Of a stretch of DNA of 64,000 bases, positions 49,303 to 57,235 are shown in pieces; within the stretch, counting starts at the first letter, position 1, and the number at the start of each line of letters is the position of its first letter. This stretch comes from an uncultured Candidatus Saccharibacteria bacterium (GTDB taxonomy: Bacteria; Patescibacteriota; Minisyncoccia; Phycocordibacterales; DATDWN01), in assembly GCA_964426735.1 (NCBI GenBank), contig CAYRRP010000003.1, positions 13,378 to 77,377 of the forward strand. Reading direction: 5' to 3'. The notes beneath the pieces are model-generated. The model searched no databases and was not told the DNA's origin. It worked only from the letters and a program-made list of their open reading frames with translations. Position numbers and translations under genes: made by a program.

Positions 49303-49385
49303 GTTTTTGTAATAAGTCTTTAGTCATCAGTCACAAGTCTTTAGTAATGCATTCTCTGTATACTGTCGACTGATGACTGTTATCT
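49303..49385 (-). repeat. repeat family R, copy R3 (about 95% identical to R4)
   Basis: TAATAAGTCTTTAGTCATCAGTCACAAGTCTTTAGTAATGCATTCTCTGTATACTGTCGACTGATGACTGTTATC. Confidence 0.55.
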
Positions 49386-49712
49386 TTATATCGTGTTTCC
49401 CGACTTCTGAGCCACTCGAACTTTTTTTCCATCTATAATCTTTTTTGCAATCCTTGTACCCTTACCTGTCTTCGGATCTACAAGAAGAACATTTGAAGCG
49501 TGTACCGGAAGATTCTTTTCTACAACCTGTCCTTTCTCACCACTTCGTCGAGCTCGAACGTGTACCTTTGCTATATTTATTCCTGTTACCAAGATTTTTC
49601 CTTCACGTGGAAGTACCCGAGCAATCGTACCTGTTTTGCCCTTATCTTTTCCAGTAATCACTATTACTTTGTCGTCTTTTTTTAATTTCATATAAATTAA
49701 GTCTTTAGTCAT
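49386..49712 (-). CDS. rplX: 50S ribosomal protein L24
   Basis: KOW motif MKLKKDDKVIVITGKDKGKTGTI. Real start about 49691. Confidence 0.9.
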   Translation of the reverse strand: MTKDLIYMKLKKDDKVIVITGKDKGKTGTIARVLPREGKILVTGINIAKVHVRARRSGEKGQVVEKNLPVHASNVLLVDPKTGKGTRIAKKIIDGKKVRVAQKSGNTI

Positions 49713-49771
49713 GAGTCACAAGTCTTTAGTAATGCATTTCCTGTATACTGTCGACTGATGACTGTCTACTT
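49692..49771 (-). repeat. repeat family R, copy R4
   Basis: TAAATTAAGTCTTTAGTCATGAGTCACAAGTCTTTAGTAATGCATTTCCTGTATACTGTCGACTGATGACTGTCTAC. Confidence 0.55.
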
Positions 49772-50143
49772 CTATACCACCTCAGGTGCTAGAGAGATAA
49801 TCTTTTGATACCCCGCATCACCGATTTCTCGTGGAATTGGACCGAATACACGACCAGCTACTGGTTCTTTCTTTTCTTTTGAAACAATAACCACTGCATT
49901 TTCATCGAATCGAATATAAGATCCATCTTTTCGTCGAAATGGTGCTTTTTGTCGAACAACAACTGCGTACAATACATCTTTCTTCTTTGCACCTTTTCGT
50001 GGTTCTGCTTTTTGAACAGAGAGTACAACCATCTCACCCAATCGCGCATATCGCTTTTTTGAACTTCCAAGTACTTTGAAAATTCGCCCGATCTTTGCTC
50101 CGGTGTTATCTGCGATTTTTACAATTGATTGAGGCTGAATCAT
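49772..50143 (-). CDS. rplN: 50S ribosomal protein L14
   Basis: MIQPQSIVKIADNTGAK...VVRQKAPFRRKDGSYIRFDENA. Confidence 0.9.
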   Translation of the reverse strand: MIQPQSIVKIADNTGAKIGRIFKVLGSSKKRYARLGEMVVLSVQKAEPRKGAKKKDVLYAVVVRQKAPFRRKDGSYIRFDENAVVIVSKEKKEPVAGRVFGPIPREIGDAGYQKIISLAPEVV

Positions 50144-50149
50144 ATAATT

Positions 50150-50419
50150 TTATTTAGTTACAATAACGAAATGCTTATCTTTTGAAATTGGTCGAGTTTC
50201 TTTTATCTCTACCTTGTCCCCTACCTTATGAGCATTTCCTGCGTCATGCGCTTTAAAGCGTTTACTGATCTGCATGAATTTACCATATTTTGGATGTTTT
50301 ACAAATCGGTTTACGAGTACTACCACAGTATCTTTCATTTTATCAGACACAACAACACCAGTAAGGATTCTTCCCTGTTCTGATTTCTCTGTATGTGGTT
50401 GTATTTTTTTTGTTGCCAT
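50150..50419 (-). CDS. rpsQ: 30S ribosomal protein S17
   Basis: GRILTGVVVSDKMKDTVVVLV...HPKYGKF...AHD..N...GD.V.I.E.RPISK. Confidence 0.9.
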   Translation of the reverse strand: MATKKIQPHTEKSEQGRILTGVVVSDKMKDTVVVLVNRFVKHPKYGKFMQISKRFKAHDAGNAHKVGDKVEIKETRPISKDKHFVIVTK

Positions 50420-50425
50420 ACTATT

Positions 50426-50601
50426 TATTTTACGTTAATTGCAGTCAAAATTCGTGCAATATCCTTTCGGATTGCATACCCTTCTTTTATATTTTTAACC
50501 TTACTACCAGCAACAGAAAAACGGAAATTTCGAAGTGCCACTCGTTTTTCACCGAGGAGAGCTTTCAATTCTTTTTCTGTTTTATTTTTAAAATCTTTCA
50601 T
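50426..50601 (-). CDS. rpmC: 50S ribosomal protein L29 (58 aa; below ORF-track length cutoff)
   Basis: Minus-strand translation MKDFKNKTEKELKALLGEKRVALRNFRFSVAGSKVKNIKEGYAIRKDIARILTAINVK between rplP and rpsQ. Confidence 0.7.
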
Positions 50602-50611
50602 AAACTCTGTA

Positions 50612-51028
50612 TTATCGTGCTACTACTTTAGATTTAATAGGAAGTTTTGTTCCTGCTTTTCGAAGTGCTTCTTTTGCAATCGCTTCAGTTACGCCATCGA
50701 TTTCGAAGATGATTCGTCCTGGAAGCACTGGTGCTACATATGCAAACAAATCTCCTTTTCCTTTACCGAGCTTTACTTCGGCTGGTTTTCGAGTGATTGG
50801 CATATCAGGGAAAATTCGAATCCATACCTTTCCTGTCTTACCCATAGCTCGTGAAAGCACTTTTCGTGCAGCTTCAATCTGATTTGATCGAATACGTGCA
50901 TCAGTTGTTGCTTTAAGTCCAAATGAACCAAACGCAAGTGTTGCGCCACGTGTCGCCGTACCAATACGAGACGTATTTCGTCTCATGGTATGCCATTTTC
51001 GATATTTTACTTTTTTAGGTAGCAACAT
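50612..51028 (-). CDS. rplP: 50S ribosomal protein L16
   Basis: MLLPKKVKYRKWH..RG...G.FGLKA...RI...QIEAAR. Confidence 0.9.
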   Translation of the reverse strand: MLLPKKVKYRKWHTMRRNTSRIGTATRGATLAFGSFGLKATTDARIRSNQIEAARKVLSRAMGKTGKVWIRIFPDMPITRKPAEVKLGKGKGDLFAYVAPVLPGRIIFEIDGVTEAIAKEALRKAGTKLPIKSKVVAR

Positions 51029-51038
51029 ATACGTTTAG

Positions 51039-51695
51039 TTATTTAGCAAAGATTTCTCCCTTATATATCCACACTTTGATACCAATCGCTCCGTATGGAA
51101 GACGTGCAGGATATGCTGCATAGTCTACATCAGCTCGAAGAGTTTGAAGTGGAATTCGACCTTTTTTCATCTTTTCCTGTCGTGCCATAGAGGCCCCTCC
51201 AAGACGACCTGAAAGTTCGATTTTAACTCCAAGCACATCTCGGTTAGCCATTACCTTTTCGATAATCTGCTTCCCTACTCGTCGGAAAGGCATACGTTTC
51301 TCAAGACCTTCTGCAATCATGTGTGCCACGATTGTTGCATTTGTTTCTGGAGATTTTACTTCTTTGATGTCGATTTTTACTTCACCACCTGATACAAGGT
51401 TTTTCTTAGCCATGAATGCCAAAATCTCATCTCGAAGTTTTGTAGCACCTTCACCTGATCGTCCGATGATAGCACCTGGTCGTGAAGTTTCAATCATAAT
51501 TCGAAGTGCTTTTTCACTTCGTTCCATTTGAATGTCAGCCACATACTGACCTCGCATTTTCTTTTCAAGAAATTCGCGAATAAGCACATCACTCTTCAAG
51601 AACTCCTTGAATTTACTTTTCACGCCAAACCATCGAGATTTCCAATCTCTGATGATTCCAAGTCTATGTGAATATGGGTGTACTGTGTGTGACAT
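51039..51695 (-). CDS. rpsC: 30S ribosomal protein S3
   Basis: KH domain and C-terminal domain: GIIRDWKSRWF...GVKIELSGRLGGA. Confidence 0.9.
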   Translation of the reverse strand: MSHTVHPYSHRLGIIRDWKSRWFGVKSKFKEFLKSDVLIREFLEKKMRGQYVADIQMERSEKALRIMIETSRPGAIIGRSGEGATKLRDEILAFMAKKNLVSGGEVKIDIKEVKSPETNATIVAHMIAEGLEKRMPFRRVGKQIIEKVMANRDVLGVKIELSGRLGGASMARQEKMKKGRIPLQTLRADVDYAAYPARLPYGAIGIKVWIYKGEIFAK

Positions 51696-51696
51696 A

Positions 51697-52137
51697 TTAT
51701 TCGTTTGTTTTTACAGTTTTTGTTGTTTTCTTTTTTGTAACCTTCTTTTCTGCAACAACTTCTGCCTTCTCTTCCATAACAACCTTAGTCTTCTTTGCTT
51801 TCGGAAGAACTTCCTCAAGTGTAATAGAAATCATACTTGTTCGCTTTCGGATAGGGTGAGCTGAACCACGCGCTGCAGGCATTCGTCGGTAAAGAGTCTT
51901 ACCACTGTTTACTTCCACAGTTTTTACTACCAAGTTTTCAGTAGGCATTGATTGTGCTTTTGCGTTTGCAAGAGCCGATTCGATGAGTTTCTTAATAGGG
52001 TCAGATGCTCGTTTTTCTGTAAACTGCATTGAAAGAATAGCATCTGCTACTTTTTTACCACGTACGAGATCAGCAACTACACGAACTTTTCGTGGAGACT
52101 GTCGAAGATTTGAAAGTGTAGCGGATGCTTTTGCCAT
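51697..52137 (-). CDS. rplV: 50S ribosomal protein L22
   Basis: MAKASATLSNLRQSPRKVRVVADLVRGKKVADAILSMQF. Lys-rich C-terminal extension. Confidence 0.9.
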   Translation of the reverse strand: MAKASATLSNLRQSPRKVRVVADLVRGKKVADAILSMQFTEKRASDPIKKLIESALANAKAQSMPTENLVVKTVEVNSGKTLYRRMPAARGSAHPIRKRTSMISITLEEVLPKAKKTKVVMEEKAEVVAEKKVTKKKTTKTVKTNE

Positions 52138-52146
52138 AATATTAAA

Positions 52147-52491
52147 TTATTTTTTCTTAGCGTCAGGAGCTGCTTTAGATGCTTTTGCAGCAGCAATTTC
52201 AGACTCTTTCTTTTTAATTTCGAGCTCTTTCTGCATCTTACCTCCGTGTTTAAGGAATTTCTTTGTAGGAGAAAATTCGCCCAATCGGTGCCCTACCATA
52301 TCTTCAGTAACCAATACTTCAATATGAGTTTTACCGTTGTGTACGCCAAAGTTGAAGCCTACCATTTCAGGAGAGATAACACATGCTCGTGACCAAGTCT
52401 TAATAACCCCAGTTTCAATAGGTTTTTTACCCTCAATCTTTTTGAGAACTCGTGGGTCTACATATGGTCCTTTGTGTGATGATCGTGTCAT
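52147..52491 (-). CDS. rpsS: 30S ribosomal protein S19
   Basis: [18 protein letters not shown]...[18 protein letters not shown]. Basic C-terminal extension. Confidence 0.9.
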   Translation of the reverse strand: MTRSSHKGPYVDPRVLKKIEGKKPIETGVIKTWSRACVISPEMVGFNFGVHNGKTHIEVLVTEDMVGHRLGEFSPTKKFLKHGGKMQKELEIKKKESEIAAAKASKAAPDAKKK

Positions 52492-52814
52492 GAATTGATT
52501 AAAAAAATACTCTTTTTTGTAAGAGGTAGTAAAACCTTAAACAAAAACTAGATGTAAGAGAAAAACTCTCACGTGCGCTCTATACTATACAAAATGAGGC
52601 AATATGTCAAACGTTTAGTAAGCAGTCACAAGTCAATAGTCTGCAGTATAAAAACTGAAATCCTAAAAAGGAGAAAACGGTCAATAATATGACAATTCTA
52701 CGTAATACTGCAGGAATATAACAAAATCCGCCCCCTTCGAGGCAGATTTAGGTGTAATTTGAAGTAAAAATAAGAGCGACCTTTCCCCTCTGGGAACTGC
52801 CGCTCTCATCGACA

Positions 52815-53141
52815 CTAGCGATTAGTTCTGGTATTAATACCCAATTCTTCGTACATTGAAGCCAAGCAATCCATATTTCTTCCATAATCTGGGTCGCCGC
52901 AGATTTCTGGATGTTGATACGAATAATGCTTTTCGTACTGTTTATCGAGGATGTTGAGAGCTTCTTCAAGCTTACCACCCTCTTGAGCAAAAACACAAAG
53001 ACTGCCGATTGCAACTTGGCCTTTAAAGCAAAATTTGTCGACGAGTATCTCCACTCTCCCGATACATTCCGCAGGAATCTTGCCTCGTAAAAACGCCTGC
53101 ATTCTGACATCTAGATTTGAAAGCGTTGTTATTGTGTCCAT
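52815..53141 (-). CDS. hypothetical protein P5 (108 aa) inserted between rplB and rpsS
   Basis: Interrupts conserved rplB-rpsS adjacency. Elevated GC. Upstream terminator hairpin, TTGACA-type promoter and AGGAGG 4 nt before ATG. Confidence 0.4.
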   Translation of the reverse strand: MDTITTLSNLDVRMQAFLRGKIPAECIGRVEILVDKFCFKGQVAIGSLCVFAQEGGKLEEALNILDKQYEKHYSYQHPEICGDPDYGRNMDCLASMYEELGINTRTNR

Positions 53142-53145
53142 TGGA

Positions 53146-53215
53146 CCTCCTTTTACACCTTATAATACTGATTCAAAATGTCAAACAAAAAACACCCTTT
53201 CGGGTACTTTTTGTT
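53146..53215 (-). promoter_or_regulatory. terminator hairpin, promoter and SD for P5
   Basis: Minus-sense AAAAAGTACCCGAAAGGGTGTTTTTTGTTTGACATTTTGAATCAGTATTATAAGGTGTAAAAGGAGGTCCA-ATG. Confidence 0.45.
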
Positions 53216-53229
53216 AAAACCAATTAAAT

Positions 53230-53290
53230 TGCTTCAGATGCTAGGCGGACGAGGGATTTGGGTCGAGACGTACTGAACGTACGGCGAGAA
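53230..53290 (-). repeat. F-family hairpin core (GGGATTTGGGTCGAGACGTACTGAACGTACGGCGAGAATCAAATCC) downstream of rplB
   Basis: Same GACGTAC...GTACGGCG palindromic core as F1 and F2, in a 7-bp outer stem. Confidence 0.35.
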
Positions 53291-53337
53291 TCAAATCCTG
53301 AAGTCCAACAACGCAGATGGAGTAATTTTATTGTGTT

Positions 53338-54180
53338 TTACTTTCGCTTGCCTACTTTACGGCGGGAAACTATGTGCTTATTAGAATATTTCTTAGGAGT
53401 TCGAGTCTTCTGTCCCTTACCTGTCGGTCGTCCGTATACAGACACTGCTCGACGTCGTCCTCGGCCCTGTCGGCCTTCTCCACCTCCGTATGGGTGGTCT
53501 ACTGGGTTCTGAGCTGTACCTCGCACTGTTGGTCGGATACCGAGCCATCGTGAACGTCCTGCTTTACCGAGGTTTACAAGTCGATTTTCATCGTTTGCTA
53601 CTTCACCTACTGTAGCGTATGCAGTATCTTTTACTTTTCGCACTTCAGATGAAGGCATTTTGAGATCTACATATCCTGCGTCTTTAGCGATAAGTTCAAT
53701 GTAACTTCCTCCAGATCGAGCAAGCTTTGCTCCTCCTTGTGGTTTTACTTCTACGTTATAGATAAATGTACCAATAGTAATATCTTTAAGTGGTAGTCGG
53801 TTTCCAGTCTTTACTTCTGCGTTTGGAGCAGTGATGTATGTATCCCCCACTTTTGCACCCTTAGGAAGAAGAATGTATCGCTTCTCACCATCTTTGTATA
53901 CTGCAAGACCGATAAATCCTGATCGGTTTGGATCGTACTCTACAGTTTTTACTGTGTATGGAATATTGATTTTGTTGTACACGAAATCAATTTCTCGGAA
54001 GAGTCGCTTGTGTCCTGCTCCCTTGTGACGGGTAGTAATCACACCCTGGTTGTTTCGCCCTACTGATCGTTTGAAACCTCGTGTGAGTGACTTTACAGGC
54101 TTTGCGGTAGTCAAAACTGCACCGTAGTTGATCGATGTCATGTTTCGACGTGATGGGGTTGTTGGTTGGTATCGTTTCAT
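53338..54180 (-). CDS. rplB: 50S ribosomal protein L2
   Basis: KRYQPTTPSRR...GRNN.G.IT.RH.GGGHKR. C-terminal GGGEG..GRG. Confidence 0.9.
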   Translation of the reverse strand: MKRYQPTTPSRRNMTSINYGAVLTTAKPVKSLTRGFKRSVGRNNQGVITTRHKGAGHKRLFREIDFVYNKINIPYTVKTVEYDPNRSGFIGLAVYKDGEKRYILLPKGAKVGDTYITAPNAEVKTGNRLPLKDITIGTFIYNVEVKPQGGAKLARSGGSYIELIAKDAGYVDLKMPSSEVRKVKDTAYATVGEVANDENRLVNLGKAGRSRWLGIRPTVRGTAQNPVDHPYGGGEGRQGRGRRRAVSVYGRPTGKGQKTRTPKKYSNKHIVSRRKVGKRK

Positions 54181-54190
54181 ATTATTGATA

Positions 54191-54472
54191 TTACATTACC
54201 TCAATAGTTTGACCTTTCTTAAGGTATACGTACGCCTTTTTGATACCTTTTTTAAAACCTACTTTTCCTCGTACAAATACTTTTTTCTGAGGATTTGTTA
54301 CGGTTGTAACTTTTACTGGAGATACTTTGTAGATTTCTTTTACTGCTTTGATCACATCTGTCTTTGTTGCGTGTTTTGGAATCTCAAATGCGTACACTGA
54401 AGATTCTGACTTAAGCGCAGCTTTTTCTGTGATACGTGGTCGCAATAATACTGTTTTAAGATCTGCTTTCAT
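54191..54472 (-). CDS. rplW: 50S ribosomal protein L23
   Basis: LLRPRITEKA...YAFEIPKHATKTDVIKAVKEIYKV. Confidence 0.9.
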   Translation of the reverse strand: MKADLKTVLLRPRITEKAALKSESSVYAFEIPKHATKTDVIKAVKEIYKVSPVKVTTVTNPQKKVFVRGKVGFKKGIKKAYVYLKKGQTIEVM

Positions 54473-54477
54473 GATAG

Positions 54478-55140
54478 TTATGCAAGTTTAGAAGTAACTG
54501 TTGAAAGAGACTCGTTTGGATTCTCGATAACAACATACTTATATTTCATCAAATCGACAGGGTTGATGTTTCGGATTTCATCCACTTCAACATTGCTGAA
54601 GTTACCAAAGCTTTTCTTTGTAGTTACACTGTCTTTTGAAAGTGCGATCCATGCTGAGTTTTTCTTTTTTGAAAGGATATCAGTAAAACCTGTGATTTTT
54701 GAGAAAGATGAAAGAGTTCCTTTTGCGTCTTTTGCTTTTGGAGCAGAGAAATTCAAAGAATCTACGAAAAGGATGTGTCCTTTCTTAAATTTAGCTGAAA
54801 GGATAGTATACAAAGCTTTTGCTTTCATTTTCTTATTTACCTTTCGAGTATAGTCTTTTTCATTTCGTGGGCCATGAGTAACACCTCCACCTACCCAGAT
54901 AGGAGATCGAGTTGATCCATGTCGTGCACGCCCTGTTCCCTTTTGTTTCCAAGGTTTCTTTCCACCTCCAGATACTTCACCTCGGTTTTTAGTGTGAGCA
55001 ACAGGTGTTCGAGCACTTGATTCCATTGATACAACAACTTGGTGAACCAAGTCAGCATTCCATTTAAGACCAAACACGCTCTCTGGGAGAGTTATTGTTC
55101 CTGCTGTTTTACCTGTTTGTGTGTAAATATTTGCTTCCAT
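54478..55140 (-). CDS. rplD: 50S ribosomal protein L4
   Basis: GGGKKPWKQKGTGRARHGSTRSPIWVGGGVTHGP. Confidence 0.9.
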   Translation of the reverse strand: MEANIYTQTGKTAGTITLPESVFGLKWNADLVHQVVVSMESSARTPVAHTKNRGEVSGGGKKPWKQKGTGRARHGSTRSPIWVGGGVTHGPRNEKDYTRKVNKKMKAKALYTILSAKFKKGHILFVDSLNFSAPKAKDAKGTLSSFSKITGFTDILSKKKNSAWIALSKDSVTTKKSFGNFSNVEVDEIRNINPVDLMKYKYVVIENPNESLSTVTSKLA

Positions 55141-55230
55141 GATTTTTAAATTTAGTCATTAAAGTCTATCAAGTCTTTCAAGTCCATAAAGTCGGGTGCA
55201 TTTGGCATCTAACTTGATGGACTTTTGACT
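55141..55230 (-). repeat. repeat family R, copy R6 (rplC-rplD spacer)
   Basis: TTTAGTCATTAAAGTCTATCAAGTCTTTCAAGTCCATAAAGTCGGG...GACTTTTGACTTTATGAACCTTTGACTTC. Confidence 0.4.
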
Positions 55231-55845
55231 TTATGAACCTTTGACTTCTACTAGTGTTCCTCGGCGTCCTGCTACAGCACCTCGAATAAAGATTTCTCCT
55301 GCTTCTACGTCAATACCTGCGATAGTAAGACCACCTGTAGTGATACGATCACCTCCAGTTCGTCCTGCCATTCGTTTTCCTTTTGCTACACGTCCTCCGT
55401 CTCGTCCTCCACCTCCAAGAGATCCTGGCTCTCGCTCTGAGTGTTTCTGTCCGTGTGATCGAGGTCCTCCGTGGAAACCATGTCGCTTAACACCTCCCTG
55501 GAAACCTTTTCCTTTTGAGATAGAAGATACGGTTACACCGTCTCCTGCTGAAAATGTTGAGATATCGATAATATCCCCTACTTTGTATTCACCTCCTTCA
55601 ATTCGGAACTCTTTGATGTGAGCAAATGAACCAAGTTCTTTTACATGACCTTTTACTGCCTTTGAGATGTTCTTTGGGTTTCGAGAACCAAAACCAACCT
55701 GTACAGCAGTATAACCATCTTTTGAAAGATTCTTAACCTGAGTGATTACATTAGGACTTGTTTTGATAACAGTCACCGGATGCACTACGCCCGCGTCGTC
55801 GAAGATTTGGGTCATATTCTGTTTTGTTCCGAGGATGAATTTCAT
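55231..55845 (-). CDS. rplC: 50S ribosomal protein L3
   Basis: Likely start MKFILGTKQNMTQIFDD. FSAGDGVTVSSISKGKGFQGGVKRHGF. ORF-track start 55920 is an extension. Confidence 0.9.
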   Translation of the reverse strand: MKFILGTKQNMTQIFDDAGVVHPVTVIKTSPNVITQVKNLSKDGYTAVQVGFGSRNPKNISKAVKGHVKELGSFAHIKEFRIEGGEYKVGDIIDISTFSAGDGVTVSSISKGKGFQGGVKRHGFHGGPRSHGQKHSEREPGSLGGGGRDGGRVAKGKRMAGRTGGDRITTGGLTIAGIDVEAGEIFIRGAVAGRRGTLVEVKGS

Positions 55846-56041
55846 ATGATTATTATATTGATTTTGAAGACATTTTTCGGACAGTAATGAGAAAAGGTTT
55901 TTCTCAACATTGCCCATCACTAGTCCTCATAAAAAATAGCCTAAATGGCGATTTGGCAATACTAGCAGATAATGATTTTTATTTCAAGGGGTATAGATAC
56001 AAAAAGAGGTTTGCAAAAGCAAACCTCTCCGAAGCAGACTT

Positions 56042-56311
56042 TCACTCTGTAATAGGACAATTTTGCCCCGTCAGGTACCCACCTCCAAGCAACCATCCGG
56101 TAGGACCAAGCTCCACTATACCAGTACAGACGCACCCTTGGTTTTGACACGTACCTACATGAGTACCGACGTCAAGTCGAAACTCATTAGGAATTACTAC
56201 CCAGGCACCAATTTGGTGCCCAAGTCGAGCAGAAGCATCTTCTACTCTTTTACGACGTCTTTCATCGTCTGGATTTAAAACCATTTTTTCCAAACAGCCT
56301 CCTATACTCAT
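56042..56311 (-). CDS. small Cys-rich hypothetical protein P6 (80-89 aa) inserted between rpsJ and rplC
   Basis: Breaks the rpsJ-rplC adjacency. GC-rich. AGGAGG lies inside the first 6 codons, 13 nt before an internal ATG (MVLNPDD). Motif CQNQGCVCTG. Flanked by terminator hairpins. Confidence 0.35.
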   Translation of the reverse strand: MSIGGCLEKMVLNPDDERRRKRVEDASARLGHQIGAWVVIPNEFRLDVGTHVGTCQNQGCVCTGIVELGPTGWLLGGGYLTGQNCPITE

Positions 56312-56372
56312 ATAAGCACATATTTATATATTTGAAAACAAAAACCACCCTTTCGGGTAGTTTTTGTGTATA

Positions 56373-56756
56373 TTAGATGATTTTTACATCAATATTAACA
56401 CCAGATGGTAGAGAGAGATTTGTGAGTGATTCCATAATCTTTGGGGTCGGATTAAGGATATCAATCAATCGCTTATGAGTTCTCATTTCAAACTGCTCTC
56501 GAGCGTTTTTATACACAAACGAAGCTCGGTTTACTGTGTATTTCTTGATCTCAGTTGGAAGTGGGATTGGACCCAAAACCTTTGCATCGTATCGAAGAGC
56601 AGTATCCATGATCTGTCGTACTGAGATATCGAGTACTTTGTACTCATATGCTCGTACTCGGATTCGCAATTTAGAAATTGCATCCTCTTTTGCAGCTTTT
56701 TTAGGAGCCTTTTTTGTTGTTGTTTCTTTCGTTGCCATTACGGAGTAGCTTACCAA
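56373..56756 (-). CDS. rpsJ: 30S ribosomal protein S10
   Basis: RIRVRAYEYKVLD...PIPLPT..KKYTVNRASFVYKNAREQFEMRTHKRLIDI. Confidence 0.9.
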   Translation of the reverse strand: MVSYSVMATKETTTKKAPKKAAKEDAISKLRIRVRAYEYKVLDISVRQIMDTALRYDAKVLGPIPLPTEIKKYTVNRASFVYKNAREQFEMRTHKRLIDILNPTPKIMESLTNLSLPSGVNIDVKII

Positions 56757-56774
56757 ACAATTAAACTATTGGCA

Positions 56775-56815
56775 AGTAAGCGAAAACCCGCACGAAGACA
56801 AAGTCTTCGTGCGGG
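56775..56815. terminator. terminator CACCCGCACGAAGAC-TTTG-TCTTCGTGCGGGTTTTCG
   Basis: 15-bp stem between P7 and rpsJ. Confidence 0.5.
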
Positions 56816-56820
56816 TGACT

Positions 56821-57010
56821 TTAAAGAGGTGTTTTGAGTCTTTCTGTGTACTCCTTAAGGGCAGCATCCGCAACCCCAGCAGCAACACTCGCAACATCTT
56901 CAGGGTACACATACCGCTGTCCTAAGGGACGACTCAAGTTACTGTTGCTCAACACAGCACACAGAACCCGAAGCCAAATCTCTGACCCTTCTTGAGTATG
57001 AATCGACATA
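56821..57010 (-). CDS. small hypothetical protein P7 (63 aa from MSIHTQEG) between tuf and rpsJ
   Basis: Own TTGACA-16-TATATT promoter and AGGAG 8 nt before ATG. Elevated GC. Confidence 0.4.
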
Positions 57011-57014
57011 TTTT

Positions 57015-57085
57015 TTCTCCTCTTTTGAATATACAATATTTGCATTTTATGTCAACAAAAAACCACCCGAAGATGGTTTTTTGTT
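57015..57085 (-). promoter_or_regulatory. terminator hairpin, promoter and SD for P7
   Basis: Minus-sense CAAAAAACCATCTTCGGGTGGTTTTTTGTTGACATAAAATGCAAATATTGTATATTCAAAAGAGGAGAAAAAAT-ATG. Confidence 0.45.
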
Positions 57086-57117
57086 TGACACTACGAAAGT
57101 TAAGAATCGGTTTCAAA

Positions 57118-57235
57118 TTTGAGACAAGGTCGCGGATAAAGCAAAAACCAATTCCGGAGGTGTACATGTGGTACATTGACGGAATTGGTTTTTGTCTTTA
57201 GCCGATGAGATTGGCCAAATTTGGAAGCGCTGTGG
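57118..57235 (-). repeat. terminator-module repeat family F, copy F3, directly after the tuf stop
   Basis: AAGGTCGCGGATAAAGCAAAAACCAATTCCG-GAGGTGTACATGTGGTACATTGAC-GGAATTGGTTTTTGTCTTTAGCCGATGAGATTGGCCAAATTTGGAAG. 15-bp outer stem with compensatory differences versus F1 and F2. Confidence 0.45.

Noticed and set aside
52748-53110. Alternative 120-aa ORF 52748..53110 overlapping P5 in another frame
   Set aside because: Low-complexity, Ser/Leu-rich translation with no start context. The frame at 52815..53141 has promoter, SD and protein-like composition.
55887-56311. Several overlapping small ORFs (55887..56147+, 55962..56150-, 56063..56278+) in the rpsJ-rplC spacer
   Set aside because: Only the minus-strand frame 56042..56311 is co-oriented with the operon and flanked by terminator and promoter-like hairpins. 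The others are alternative-frame artefacts.
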